From positions 1,442-65,441 of the forward strand of contig JACPIE010000019.1 of assembly GCA_016188245.1 (NCBI GenBank): a stretch of DNA of 64,000 bases, read 5' to 3'. Both the position numbers and the translations under genes were made by a program. Origin of the DNA: Candidatus Woesearchaeota archaeon (GTDB taxonomy: Archaea; Nanobdellota; Nanobdellia; Woesearchaeales; GW2011-AR4). Positions 44,697-52,682 of this stretch are shown here, one piece after another; the stretch's first letter is position 1; each line of letters starts with the position of its first letter. The notes beneath the pieces are model-generated. The model was not told where the DNA came from. It was given only the letters and a program-made list of their open reading frames with translations, and searched no databases.

Positions 44697-45213
44697 GTTT
44701 TAAAATCCACTTCGCAGCATCAATTAAATCCTTTGCAATATAATCAGCATTTGCATTTTCTTTTTCCTTCATCCCGTTGCCTGTCAAGACCAATATTGAC
44801 TTGCAGCCTGAATTGTGGCCCATATCGACGTCAATTTTCTTGTCCCCTATCACGAAAGACTTGCTCAAATCAATCTTGAAGTCTCTTTCAGCGTCCTTAA
44901 TCATTTTTGTCTTTGGCTTTCTGCATCCGCAATTGTCTTCAGGAGCATGCGGGCAGACATAAGTTTTTTCTATTTTTATGCCGTGTTTTTTCAGCTCTTC
45001 CACAACTCGGCTATTATAATCCAAAAAATCCTCAAACTTGAAATACCCCCTCCCAATGCCGCTTTGATTTGTAATGAAAATCAGCCTGAATCCCTTCAAT
45101 AATTTCAGACCTTCAACTGCATTTTGAACAAGATTAAAATCTTTTATCTTGTGGACATAGCCCAAATCTTCTGTCACGACACCATCACGGTCCATCAGCA
45201 CTGCTTTTGTCAT
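44683..45213 (-). CDS. gmhB: D-glycero-D-manno-heptose-1,7-bisphosphate phosphatase (HAD family)
   Basis: It has LMDRDGVV (the DxD nucleophile), ITNQSGIGRGYF, the Zn-site motif CPHAPEDNCGCRKP, and VIGDKKIDVDMG. Confidence 0.8.
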   Translation of the reverse strand: MTKAVLMDRDGVVTEDLGYVHKIKDFNLVQNAVEGLKLLKGFRLIFITNQSGIGRGYFKFEDFLDYNSRVVEELKKHGIKIEKTYVCPHAPEDNCGCRKPKTKMIKDAERDFKIDLSKSFVIGDKKIDVDMGHNSGCKSILVLTGNGMKEKENANADYIAKDLIDAAKWILKHGNQ

Positions 45214-46184
45214 AGCTCTTCAATACCTTTTTTCAGCTCTTCAATGCTGACTGACGCAGTTCCTATCTTCCCGACTTTTATTCCTGCCGCTATGTTCGCA
45301 AGCACAGCGGCTTCCTCAAGTGCAGCGCCGGAAGCCAATGCAAGCGCCAGCGTGGCAACAACCGTGTCGCCTGCCCCGATGAGGCTGTAGACTTCCCTTG
45401 CCTTCGCCGGAATATGGGTTATCTTGCCGCCCATCTCAAACAGAGACATCCCTTTTTCGCCTCTTGTTATGAGCACATTTGTATTCAGGTATTTTAGCAG
45501 CTTGTTTCCAGTCTCAAGAACAGCGCTTTCGCTTCCGTCTTCAATGTCGGCCATTTCGCCCGCTTCGGAATTATTCGGGGTTATCAGGGTGACATTTGAG
45601 TAAAGGTTAAGGTGTTTTGGCTTTGGGTCAACAATGACTGCCTTGCTGTGCTTTTTTGAAATTTGGACCAGAAAATCGCAGATGGCCGGAGTTATGACCC
45701 CTTTTGCATAATCGGAAATGACAACCACATCAATATCCGCAATAATCTTCTTCAAAAAATTCATGAGCGATTCTTCAATGTCCTTGTGGACATGCTCCTT
45801 TTTTTCATAATCCACCCTGAGCAGCTGCTGGCTCTTCCCAACAATCCTGACTTTCTGTGTGGTTGGCTTGTCATTGTCTGTGAAAATGCCTTCTGTGTTT
45901 ATTCCCATGCCTTTTAGCTCATTAAGAAGGGTTCTTTTGGCCTCGTCATTTCCTGCAATGCCCACCATGAAGCTTTTTCCGTTCAATGCAGCCACATTGC
46001 TGGCGACATTTGAAGCGCCCCCCGGAGCGTATGTTTCCTTCTGGACGTGCACGACCTGGACAGGCGCTTCCGGGCTTATTCTCGACACATCGCCCCAGAT
46101 GTACTTGTCAAGCATAATGTCGCCTATAACAAGGATATTTTTGTTTTTGAATTGCTCCAGTATTTTCAGCAGCTTTTGCTTCAT
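45210..46184 (-). CDS. hldA: D-glycero-beta-D-manno-heptose-7-phosphate kinase (RfaE domain I, PfkB family)
   Basis: ILVIGDIMLDKYIWGDVSRISPEAPVQVV is the RfaE-I N-terminal signature. The PfkB C-terminal motif is GAGDTVVATLA. Confidence 0.8.
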   Translation of the reverse strand: MKQKLLKILEQFKNKNILVIGDIMLDKYIWGDVSRISPEAPVQVVHVQKETYAPGGASNVASNVAALNGKSFMVGIAGNDEAKRTLLNELKGMGINTEGIFTDNDKPTTQKVRIVGKSQQLLRVDYEKKEHVHKDIEESLMNFLKKIIADIDVVVISDYAKGVITPAICDFLVQISKKHSKAVIVDPKPKHLNLYSNVTLITPNNSEAGEMADIEDGSESAVLETGNKLLKYLNTNVLITRGEKGMSLFEMGGKITHIPAKAREVYSLIGAGDTVVATLALALASGAALEEAAVLANIAAGIKVGKIGTASVSIEELKKGIEEL

Positions 46185-47101
46185 TTTATCCCCTCAACAA
46201 TCTTCCTGTGCAGTGTCGGGATTGTTTTTTCATGCATTTCAGCTATTATAAATCCTTTTCCTCCAAGTGAAGTCGGCCTTTTCACGACATTCTCCCTTGG
46301 CCTGTAATGGCCGATCATGTCAAAATTTGCAGCTGTTATTTTCTTGACTTTAAATCCGAGGTTCCTTGCTATTGTCAATGCCTTTAAGAAAACTTCCGGA
46401 AGTATTACGGCGCATCCAATATTTAAAATTACGCCTTCCTCGAGCCTGCTTACACTGTCAGCAAAAATCCTGAAATCATTGTAGCTTGTTTTTCCAAGCG
46501 CTGCGCCGTCGCAGCCCGGATGCTGGTGAATTATGTCAGTGCCTATGGCAACATGGACAGTAACCGGAATATTTAATCTGAAGGCATTCCACAAAATGCT
46601 GCATTCCTTGTTCGGAAGATTTAATTCATCTATCTTTTTTCCGATTGAGTAGCCCATTCCATGGTTCTTCTTTGCGCCTTCCTTGATTGCGTCATTCAGC
46701 AAACTTCCAGTTTCCTCAACCATTCCGAAAGTGCCATCTTCTACGGTTTGCTCGACATATTCTGATGTCTCTCCGATAAGTGCAAGCTCAAAATCATGGA
46801 TAGGGCCTGCGCCGTTCATAGCAACATGCCTTATCACTCCTTTCTTCATCAGATCAATGATGAGGAGGCTCATGCCTACCTTAATGACATGGGCGCCCAT
46901 CATGAGGATTATCTGCTTGTTGTTTTGAGCTGCAGTTATTATGCTGCCTGTCAGCTCATCAAAATCATCCGAATCAATCATTATTTTGGAATTTTCCGGC
47001 CTGATTAACCCGTTCAATTTGACCTTGTTTTTCCTCTGCCTTATAGAGATTGTTTTTATCTTGCTGAAGTCTAGCATTTTAACCAAACAACTCTTTTTCA
47101 A
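46181..47101 (-). CDS. Deoxyhypusine-synthase-like (DHS-like NAD-binding fold) protein of unknown role
   Basis: The 306-aa ORF overlaps both operon neighbours. By eye, [57 protein letters not shown] and [16 protein letters not shown] align with DHS segments (..VTTAGGVEEDLIK.., ..IPVFSPALTDGSLGDM.., ..MIILGGGVVKHH..). This is a recollection-based call. Confidence 0.35.
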   Translation of the reverse strand: MKKSCLVKMLDFSKIKTISIRQRKNKVKLNGLIRPENSKIMIDSDDFDELTGSIITAAQNNKQIILMMGAHVIKVGMSLLIIDLMKKGVIRHVAMNGAGPIHDFELALIGETSEYVEQTVEDGTFGMVEETGSLLNDAIKEGAKKNHGMGYSIGKKIDELNLPNKECSILWNAFRLNIPVTVHVAIGTDIIHQHPGCDGAALGKTSYNDFRIFADSVSRLEEGVILNIGCAVILPEVFLKALTIARNLGFKVKKITAANFDMIGHYRPRENVVKRPTSLGGKGFIIAEMHEKTIPTLHRKIVEGIK

Positions 47102-47675
47102 CCAGCTCGCAAATTATGTGGAGAATCATAAGATGGGCTTCCTGAATCCTAGGAGTGTTATAAGAAGGAACTATAATATCCAATTTGGAGATGCTTTTCA
47201 TTTTTCCCCCGTCTTTTCCGAGAAGCCCGATTACATCAATGTTAAGCTCTTTTGCTTTTTGAGCTGCCCTTATCAAATTTTTTGAATTTCCGCTTGTTGT
47301 CAGTGCAATGAAAACATCGCCCTCTTTTCCTAAAGCCTCCAGCTGCCTTTCAAATACCGCATCAAAACCATAGTCATTTCCTATCGCGGTTATTGCAGCT
47401 AAGTCTGTTGTCAGTGCAATTGCTGGCAAAGCTTTCCTTTCAATCTTGTACCTTCCTACAAATTCTGCAGCAATATGGGCACTCATTTCTGCGCTGCCGC
47501 CATTTCCTGCCAAAATTATTTTTTTGTTATTCTTTAAGGCATCAATCAAAAGCACTGCAGCCTTCCCTATTTGCGGCGATAACTCTTGCACAAGCCTATT
47601 TGTCTCTCCGCTTTCCTTAATCATTGATCCTATGGTTTCTTGCATGGTATTTCTTGTATGGTATGAATATTTCAT
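47079..47675 (-). CDS. gmhA: Sedoheptulose-7-phosphate isomerase (SIS domain)
   Basis: [75 protein letters not shown] is a near-textbook GmhA motif set. Confidence 0.85.
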   Translation of the reverse strand: MKYSYHTRNTMQETIGSMIKESGETNRLVQELSPQIGKAAVLLIDALKNNKKIILAGNGGSAEMSAHIAAEFVGRYKIERKALPAIALTTDLAAITAIGNDYGFDAVFERQLEALGKEGDVFIALTTSGNSKNLIRAAQKAKELNIDVIGLLGKDGGKMKSISKLDIIVPSYNTPRIQEAHLMILHIICELVEKELFG

Positions 47676-47694
47676 ACTTCAATTCTAATCTCTA

Positions 47695-47702
47695 TTTAAA
47701 TA
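47695..47702 (-). promoter_or_regulatory. TATA box for the heptose operon
   Basis: TATTTAAA on the minus strand is centred about 23 nt upstream of ATG 47675. Confidence 0.45.
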
Positions 47703-47743
47703 TTTCGCTTTTTTGGCTATTTTTATGTCTAAAAATACAAATC

Positions 47744-47751
47744 TATAAATA
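47744..47751 (+). promoter_or_regulatory. TATA box (TATAAATA) for the RHH-nucleotidyltransferase-like gene
   Basis: The box centre lies about 32 nt upstream of ATG 47780. Confidence 0.4.
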
Positions 47752-47779
47752 GTAATACTTTCTACTACCTTTTTATACC

Positions 47780-48532
47780 ATGGTAAAATCAAAAATAGCA
47801 ATATCAGTTGACAGTTCCCTTTTGAAGCTTGTCGACTCGAAAGTCGACGGCTCTGTCATAAGAAGCAGATCACAAGCCATAGAATACTTCCTGAAAAAAG
47901 GCCTGCAGGAGCAGTCGGTAAGCATTGCAGTTATACTGCTTAAAGGAGAGCATCAGAAATTTGCCATGAAAAATGTGAAAGGCGCTTCTTTGATAAAGAA
48001 GCAGATTGAATTGTTCTCAAAGCACGGCATCAAGACAGTTTATATTGTGACCCAGCACACTAAAAATATGAATCTCCTGCTTGGCGAAATCTCAGATTCC
48101 AGGATAAATGTTGAGCTTATTGAAGGGCAGTCAAGAGGAAACGCAGATGCGCTGAAGGGGCTAAAAGAAAAAATAATCAATAGCTTTGTCGTAATGTCAG
48201 GCGACACATACAATGACTTTGACTTGCTGAAGATGATAAAGAAGCACATTGATTCCGAAAAGCTTGCAACAATGGGATTGATGACGAGAGAAAAGACCCA
48301 CAGCTACGGGACAGCAATCCTTGATGGTGACCTGGTAGTTGATTTTCAGGAAAAGCCAAAGCATTTCTCGACAAACATCGTGAATGCAGGGATATACATC
48401 TTTAGCCCGGAGATATTTGAGATGTTTGAAGATATTACCTCATTAGAAAAAGAATTATTTCCGAAATTAGCGAGAATGAAGCAGCTTGTCGGATTTTTTA
48501 ATTATGGGGAATATCTGCACATGACTGATTAA
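47780..48532 (+). CDS. Fusion protein: N-terminal ribbon-helix-helix (CopG-like) domain plus a sugar-phosphate nucleotidyltransferase-like domain with a degenerate active-site loop
   Basis: The N terminus, KIAISVDSSLLKLVDSKVDGSVIRSRSQAIEYFLKKGL, has the RHH pattern. The remainder resembles NTP_transferase (VMSGDTY, NAGIYIFSPEIF), but the G-x-G-T-R loop is replaced by AVILLKGEHQKF. Confidence 0.55.
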   Translation: MVKSKIAISVDSSLLKLVDSKVDGSVIRSRSQAIEYFLKKGLQEQSVSIAVILLKGEHQKFAMKNVKGASLIKKQIELFSKHGIKTVYIVTQHTKNMNLLLGEISDSRINVELIEGQSRGNADALKGLKEKIINSFVVMSGDTYNDFDLLKMIKKHIDSEKLATMGLMTREKTHSYGTAILDGDLVVDFQEKPKHFSTNIVNAGIYIFSPEIFEMFEDITSLEKELFPKLARMKQLVGFFNYGEYLHMTD

Positions 48533-49668
48533 ACCAGCTTCTCAACTTCCTTCAGCACATCGTTGACGCTTATGTTCTTCATGCATTTCTGGTAGTCATT
48601 GCTGTTTCTTGGATACAGGCAGTCAGGAACCTGTCCTTTGTGGACGTTGATGCACGGGCTGAATTCGCAGTTGTATCCCTTGTACAGCCCAATGTTTCCT
48701 TTTCCATAGGGCCCGAAGCGCTGTGGCAAATTCGGCCCGAAAAGCCCGATAGTCCTGACCCCCTGGGCTGCTGCAACATGCATGGGCCCGGCATCATTGC
48801 CGATAAAAAGCCTGCATTTTCCTATAAGGCAGAACAGACGGCTCAATGTAAGTTTGCCCGCGGAATTTATTGCATTGCTTTTGCTTTCCATGGCATTGCG
48901 CACATTTTCAGCCAGTTCAGCTTCATTCAAAGCCCCGGCAAAAATTATCTTCGCGCCATGCCTTTCAACCAGCTCGTCGCAAAGCTCTGCATACCTTTCA
49001 TAAGGCCATATTCTCGCCCTGGCAGATTCTGCAGCTCCAGGAGCCACGCAGACAGTAAAATCATCTTTTTTTATGCTGTTCCTCTTAAAGAATTTATCCA
49101 CCCACTTTTTGTCGCTTTTTGAAAAATCCAGCCCGGGAAGCCTGCCGGTGTCAAAATCCGTGCCAAGTTCCCGTATCAAATCAAGGAAAGTCTGCACAGC
49201 ATGCTGCTTGTCATTATACTTTATCTTATTCGTGTATAGTTTTGCCCTCGGTCCATGGGAGTATCCAATTGATGTTTTGCCAGCAAAAAAAGAGAGTATT
49301 GCAGATATGTTCAGGTATTCTTCCATATCGATTGCCAAATCGTATTTTTTAATGTTCCTAAAGATAAAATTCAGGACGGATAATGGATTAAGGCTTATTC
49401 TTAGGATATTATCTATATTTTTATTGCTGCAGTAAACCTCCTTATTCCTTGATGTAGCCAAAACATCTATCTGGGCTTTAGGCAGTTTTTTTCTTAAAGC
49501 TTCTATGGCAGGCAAAGTCAGGATAGTCTCGCCGATTCCCCATAGTTGAATAACTAGTATCTTTTTGAACTCTTTGCCATTATCCTGCTTTCCACTGTTG
49601 AACAAGCCAAGAAAATTGCAAATAATATTTCCAATATGCTTGTCAAAAAATTTTACTGCCGCTATCAT
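48529..49668 (-). CDS. GT9-family glycosyltransferase (heptosyltransferase-like)
   Basis: ILVIQLWGIGETILTLPAIEALRKKLPKAQIDVL and IGNDAGPMHVAAAQGVRTIGLFGP are GT9 signatures. The ORF-track start 49680 is a TTG. ATG 49668 lies about 26 nt downstream of a TATA box. Confidence 0.8.
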   Translation of the reverse strand: MIAAVKFFDKHIGNIICNFLGLFNSGKQDNGKEFKKILVIQLWGIGETILTLPAIEALRKKLPKAQIDVLATSRNKEVYCSNKNIDNILRISLNPLSVLNFIFRNIKKYDLAIDMEEYLNISAILSFFAGKTSIGYSHGPRAKLYTNKIKYNDKQHAVQTFLDLIRELGTDFDTGRLPGLDFSKSDKKWVDKFFKRNSIKKDDFTVCVAPGAAESARARIWPYERYAELCDELVERHGAKIIFAGALNEAELAENVRNAMESKSNAINSAGKLTLSRLFCLIGKCRLFIGNDAGPMHVAAAQGVRTIGLFGPNLPQRFGPYGKGNIGLYKGYNCEFSPCINVHKGQVPDCLYPRNSNDYQKCMKNISVNDVLKEVEKLV

Positions 49669-49690
49669 GGGCAGTGGCAAATCTGCACCT

Positions 49691-49698
49691 TATTTAAA
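49691..49698 (-). promoter_or_regulatory. TATA box (TTTAAATA on the minus strand) for the second GT9 gene
   Basis: The box centre lies about 26 nt upstream of ATG 49668. Confidence 0.45.
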
Positions 49699-49789
49699 CT
49701 TATACGCTGAACTTCATATTCTCCAATCTAAATTCTATAAATCAAAATCGAAAGCCTTAAATAAAGTCTCATTTTCAGTATTCTATTAT

Positions 49790-49798
49790 GGGGGGGGG
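49790..49798. repeat. G9 homopolymer in an A+T-rich intergenic region, 7 nt upstream of a TTTATAAA box
   Basis: The sequence reads ...tctattatGGGGGGGGGttcagtaTTTATAAAaag..., and the TATA-like box is at 49806-49813. It lies upstream of the surface-protein operon that starts at 49930. Confidence 0.6.
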
Positions 49799-49929
49799 TT
49801 CAGTATTTATAAAAAGAGGTTAATCTATAAACTTACCACTCCTTCTAGATTTTTCAATATAAGAAATTGTTCTTTGTCTTCTGCTGCTCTTAACAATCTA
49901 TCAACAATAAAAATAAGAGGTGAATTTCT

Positions 49930-50556
49930 ATGAATAAAATAAATGTTATAGCATTAGCCCTAGTAATGGTTGTTTTGCTGTCAATTACAGCATTAAGCCA
50001 GTTAAGCCCCATAATTGACACTAAAAGCAAAACAACTCAGGTAACACCAACAATTAGCCTGGAAGAAAAGGATACTTGCATCACTACCTTTTATAATGAA
50101 GTGCAGAACGTGTATAGCAACTGCATCCATTACCTTAACTCCACAGGCTGCCTCAACACTACAGGCCCAAACACAGACTGTTCAGTTACCCAAAGCCAAA
50201 TTAACTATTCCTGCAAAACAGGAGAAATAACTGCTGCAAAAAACACAACAGAATGCAGCTCAAATAAGTTTATCGTATCAATCGGCAAAGTAAAGAAAGA
50301 GGTTGATTTCTCAAGCTGGGGCGTTTGCGTCAACAGCACTGAAAATAATTGCTTGGCAATCACATGCGGCACTTTGAAAGGAGGCAGCGCAAGAAACGGC
50401 ATCTTTAACGGATGCGATGGCGGCAAATCATGCCAAAAATTCTTGTTTTGCGAAGACAGCACAAGAGTGCTTTACAAAGCTTCTAGAAGTGATTTTATCT
50501 ATGAAGACCCTACTTTCCACCTGAGCAAATTGGCTTATCAGGAGGTGACACAATGA
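49930..50556 (+). CDS. Secreted Cys-rich protein, unknown function
   Basis: It has a signal-peptide-like N terminus (MNKINVIALALVMVVLLSITALSQ), many Cys residues and several N-x-S/T sequons. A strong SD (GAGGTGA) lies 6 nt upstream. Confidence 0.6.
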   Translation: MNKINVIALALVMVVLLSITALSQLSPIIDTKSKTTQVTPTISLEEKDTCITTFYNEVQNVYSNCIHYLNSTGCLNTTGPNTDCSVTQSQINYSCKTGEITAAKNTTECSSNKFIVSIGKVKKEVDFSSWGVCVNSTENNCLAITCGTLKGGSARNGIFNGCDGGKSCQKFLFCEDSTRVLYKASRSDFIYEDPTFHLSKLAYQEVTQ

Positions 50557-51746
50557 AAAAGATATTATTTTTGCTCATCGCAATGCTTTTAGCAGTCTTG
50601 CCTTTTGCTTTTTCACTTGAATATGCAAGGGATGACCACGGGAAAGTTATGGACCAATCGACTACTGCAAGCGGATGGAGCTATGGATGGCTTGTAAAGC
50701 CAAACAAGAACATAACTTTGGTCAACGCAACACAGCCAACCAACACATCAATGACCAGAGCATATATCAGCAAATCTGGAAATAATGTTTATGCGGAAAC
50801 TACAGATATATCATCAGATGGCAAAACATTTTACTTTACAGCAGATGCGTTTATGCAGGAGGGGGTTGAGCACTGCATTGTTGCAGATGCCGGAAAGCAT
50901 AACTATTCGCTTGACACCTCATTGCCATATAATCTGATTAATGTGAATATAACAGGCAGATGCTATGTCTCTTATGGCTCTGCCCCCAATATGGAGGTTG
51001 GCGGACAGCCAAGAGTTTGGCAGGAAATATGGAGTTATGAAAATGTTACAACACTAAATGACACAACACCGCCAGAAATAACTTACTATAATTTAACAAG
51101 CAGCGATAATGGATGTGAAAACTGGAATACTAATAAAAATACAGCATGCAGCACCTCTTCTGTAACCCCAACAGTTCAGTTTAACACTAGCGAGAATGCT
51201 TGGTGTGCTGTAGCTGGAAGCAGCAGCTCAATCTCCTTAAATTTAAACTATACAGATATGGGCAGTTCAAGAAACTGCACAGGAGATGCTTCTGGAGAAG
51301 GCACAAGAGAGCATTTCTGCACATTAACAAATCAGGACGAGCTTGTATATGACACTTCTTATCTTTTCATAAGCTGCAAAAACTCTGGCAATAATCAGAA
51401 TGCAACAAGCACAAGCAGCGCTTTAAAGCTTTCAATAACTGGCTTGGAAGCTGCCGGAAGAACTTCTATTGGTTTGGGTATTCAAAATGCTTTGCTGAGC
51501 GGCTACATTAACTACACAGACCTGCAGATTTATGCAAGAAATCTGAGCAATGATCAAGTAAGAGGAACTTTTGACAGGGCTGCAAAAAAAGGCAGCAAAA
51601 TGTGGGCTTTTAACCGCATTGGAGTTTCTGACAGCTATGTGAATATGTTCAACCTGACTCCTGTATTGTATACTTTGGAATTGGCTAATAAGACTTCCAG
51701 CAACATAACGCTGCAAGTGGAGCAGCTGATTAATGCAACAAAATGA
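50553..51746 (+). CDS. Secreted sequon-rich protein, unknown function
   Basis: It has a signal peptide (MKKILFLLIAMLLAVLPFAFS) and an AGGAGGTGA SD. Its start overlaps the upstream stop (ATGA). Confidence 0.6.
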   Translation: MKKILFLLIAMLLAVLPFAFSLEYARDDHGKVMDQSTTASGWSYGWLVKPNKNITLVNATQPTNTSMTRAYISKSGNNVYAETTDISSDGKTFYFTADAFMQEGVEHCIVADAGKHNYSLDTSLPYNLINVNITGRCYVSYGSAPNMEVGGQPRVWQEIWSYENVTTLNDTTPPEITYYNLTSSDNGCENWNTNKNTACSTSSVTPTVQFNTSENAWCAVAGSSSSISLNLNYTDMGSSRNCTGDASGEGTREHFCTLTNQDELVYDTSYLFISCKNSGNNQNATSTSSALKLSITGLEAAGRTSIGLGIQNALLSGYINYTDLQIYARNLSNDQVRGTFDRAAKKGSKMWAFNRIGVSDSYVNMFNLTPVLYTLELANKTSSNITLQVEQLINATK

Positions 51747-51779
51747 CGTTAAAGGAGGTGAGGCAAAAGAGGTGCTATA

Positions 51780-52682
51780 ATGTTTAAAAACAAGCAGGGC
51801 GAGTTCGGATTGATTGCTGTGCTTGCCTTGCTTTTCGGCACTATTGTATTTGTAAGTGCCCAAGTGCTTAATTCTACAGATAATTCTAGTGTTAATATAA
51901 CCTTAAATTATACTTTGGTTAATATTTCATTAATAAATGAATCAATCAATAACCAATCACCCACTGGAAATATTACTTCAATAAACGAAACTGCTAATTT
52001 AACAATTCCAATAGAAAATGGAACATTACCAAATCAATCAACAATCGTTAATGAGACTATAAATCTAACTATTCCGATAGGGAATATCTCATTTGAAAAT
52101 GAAATTAGTAATTTGACTTCAAATATCACAATAAACAATCAAAGTATTAATTTGAGTGAAGTTTTAATTGATACTAATTTATCAAATTTTACAATCACAA
52201 ACGATTCTGCAATTATAATAGAAAATCTAAGCACTATTAATATTTCTAGATTGGCAAAGTTATTCAATGAAGATGATTTGGATTTTGATAGAAGTCTCAG
52301 ATTAAATTATTTAGAAAAGAATAACAATTTTTCTAATGTTTTATTTGCTAACATCACAGGAAAAATAGACTTTAAATTGAATGTTGGTGCCAAACAAAAC
52401 AAAACCCAGGGCATCTCTATCAACAATAGTAATTTTGTCATTGATTTGTTATATTGCGAGATAAATGGAAGGTATTGCACATTTAGAATAAATGGTGTCC
52501 CAGCTGCTAAACTGCATAGTTCTGAAGAATTTGGAATAAACAAGCAAACTTCTTTTGATTTGGATGGAAATTATGTTTTGAAAGTTAATTCAATCAAATT
52601 CAATTATTGCAATAACAGAAGATTTTGTCATCTTGGATATGAAGGGTACAATATTGTTAATGTTTCTGTTGAGAGAAAATGA
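51780..52682 (+). CDS. Secreted/anchored protein with an extreme density of N-glycosylation sequons
   Basis: The N-terminal hydrophobic segment is EFGLIAVLALLFGTIVFVSA, and a GAGGTG SD lies upstream. By eye I count about 24 N-x-S/T sequons between residues ~30 and ~155. Confidence 0.65.
   Translation: MFKNKQGEFGLIAVLALLFGTIVFVSAQVLNSTDNSSVNITLNYTLVNISLINESINNQSPTGNITSINETANLTIPIENGTLPNQSTIVNETINLTIPIGNISFENEISNLTSNITINNQSINLSEVLIDTNLSNFTITNDSAIIIENLSTINISRLAKLFNEDDLDFDRSLRLNYLEKNNNFSNVLFANITGKIDFKLNVGAKQNKTQGISINNSNFVIDLLYCEINGRYCTFRINGVPAAKLHSSEEFGINKQTSFDLDGNYVLKVNSIKFNYCNNRRFCHLGYEGYNIVNVSVERK

Noticed and set aside
51780-51870. Possible archaeal class III (type IV pilin-like) signal peptide. 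The motif K.G.FGLI is shared by the hyper-sequon protein (KNKQGEFGLIAV) and the 58-aa ORF at 26321-26497 (KKEGKFGLIFI).
   Set aside because: Neither matches the usual [KRDE]-[GA]-[hydrophobic or small] cleavage pattern as I remember it (Q-G-E and E-G-K). No prepilin peptidase or pilus ATPase gene is in the window. The shared pentapeptide may be coincidence.
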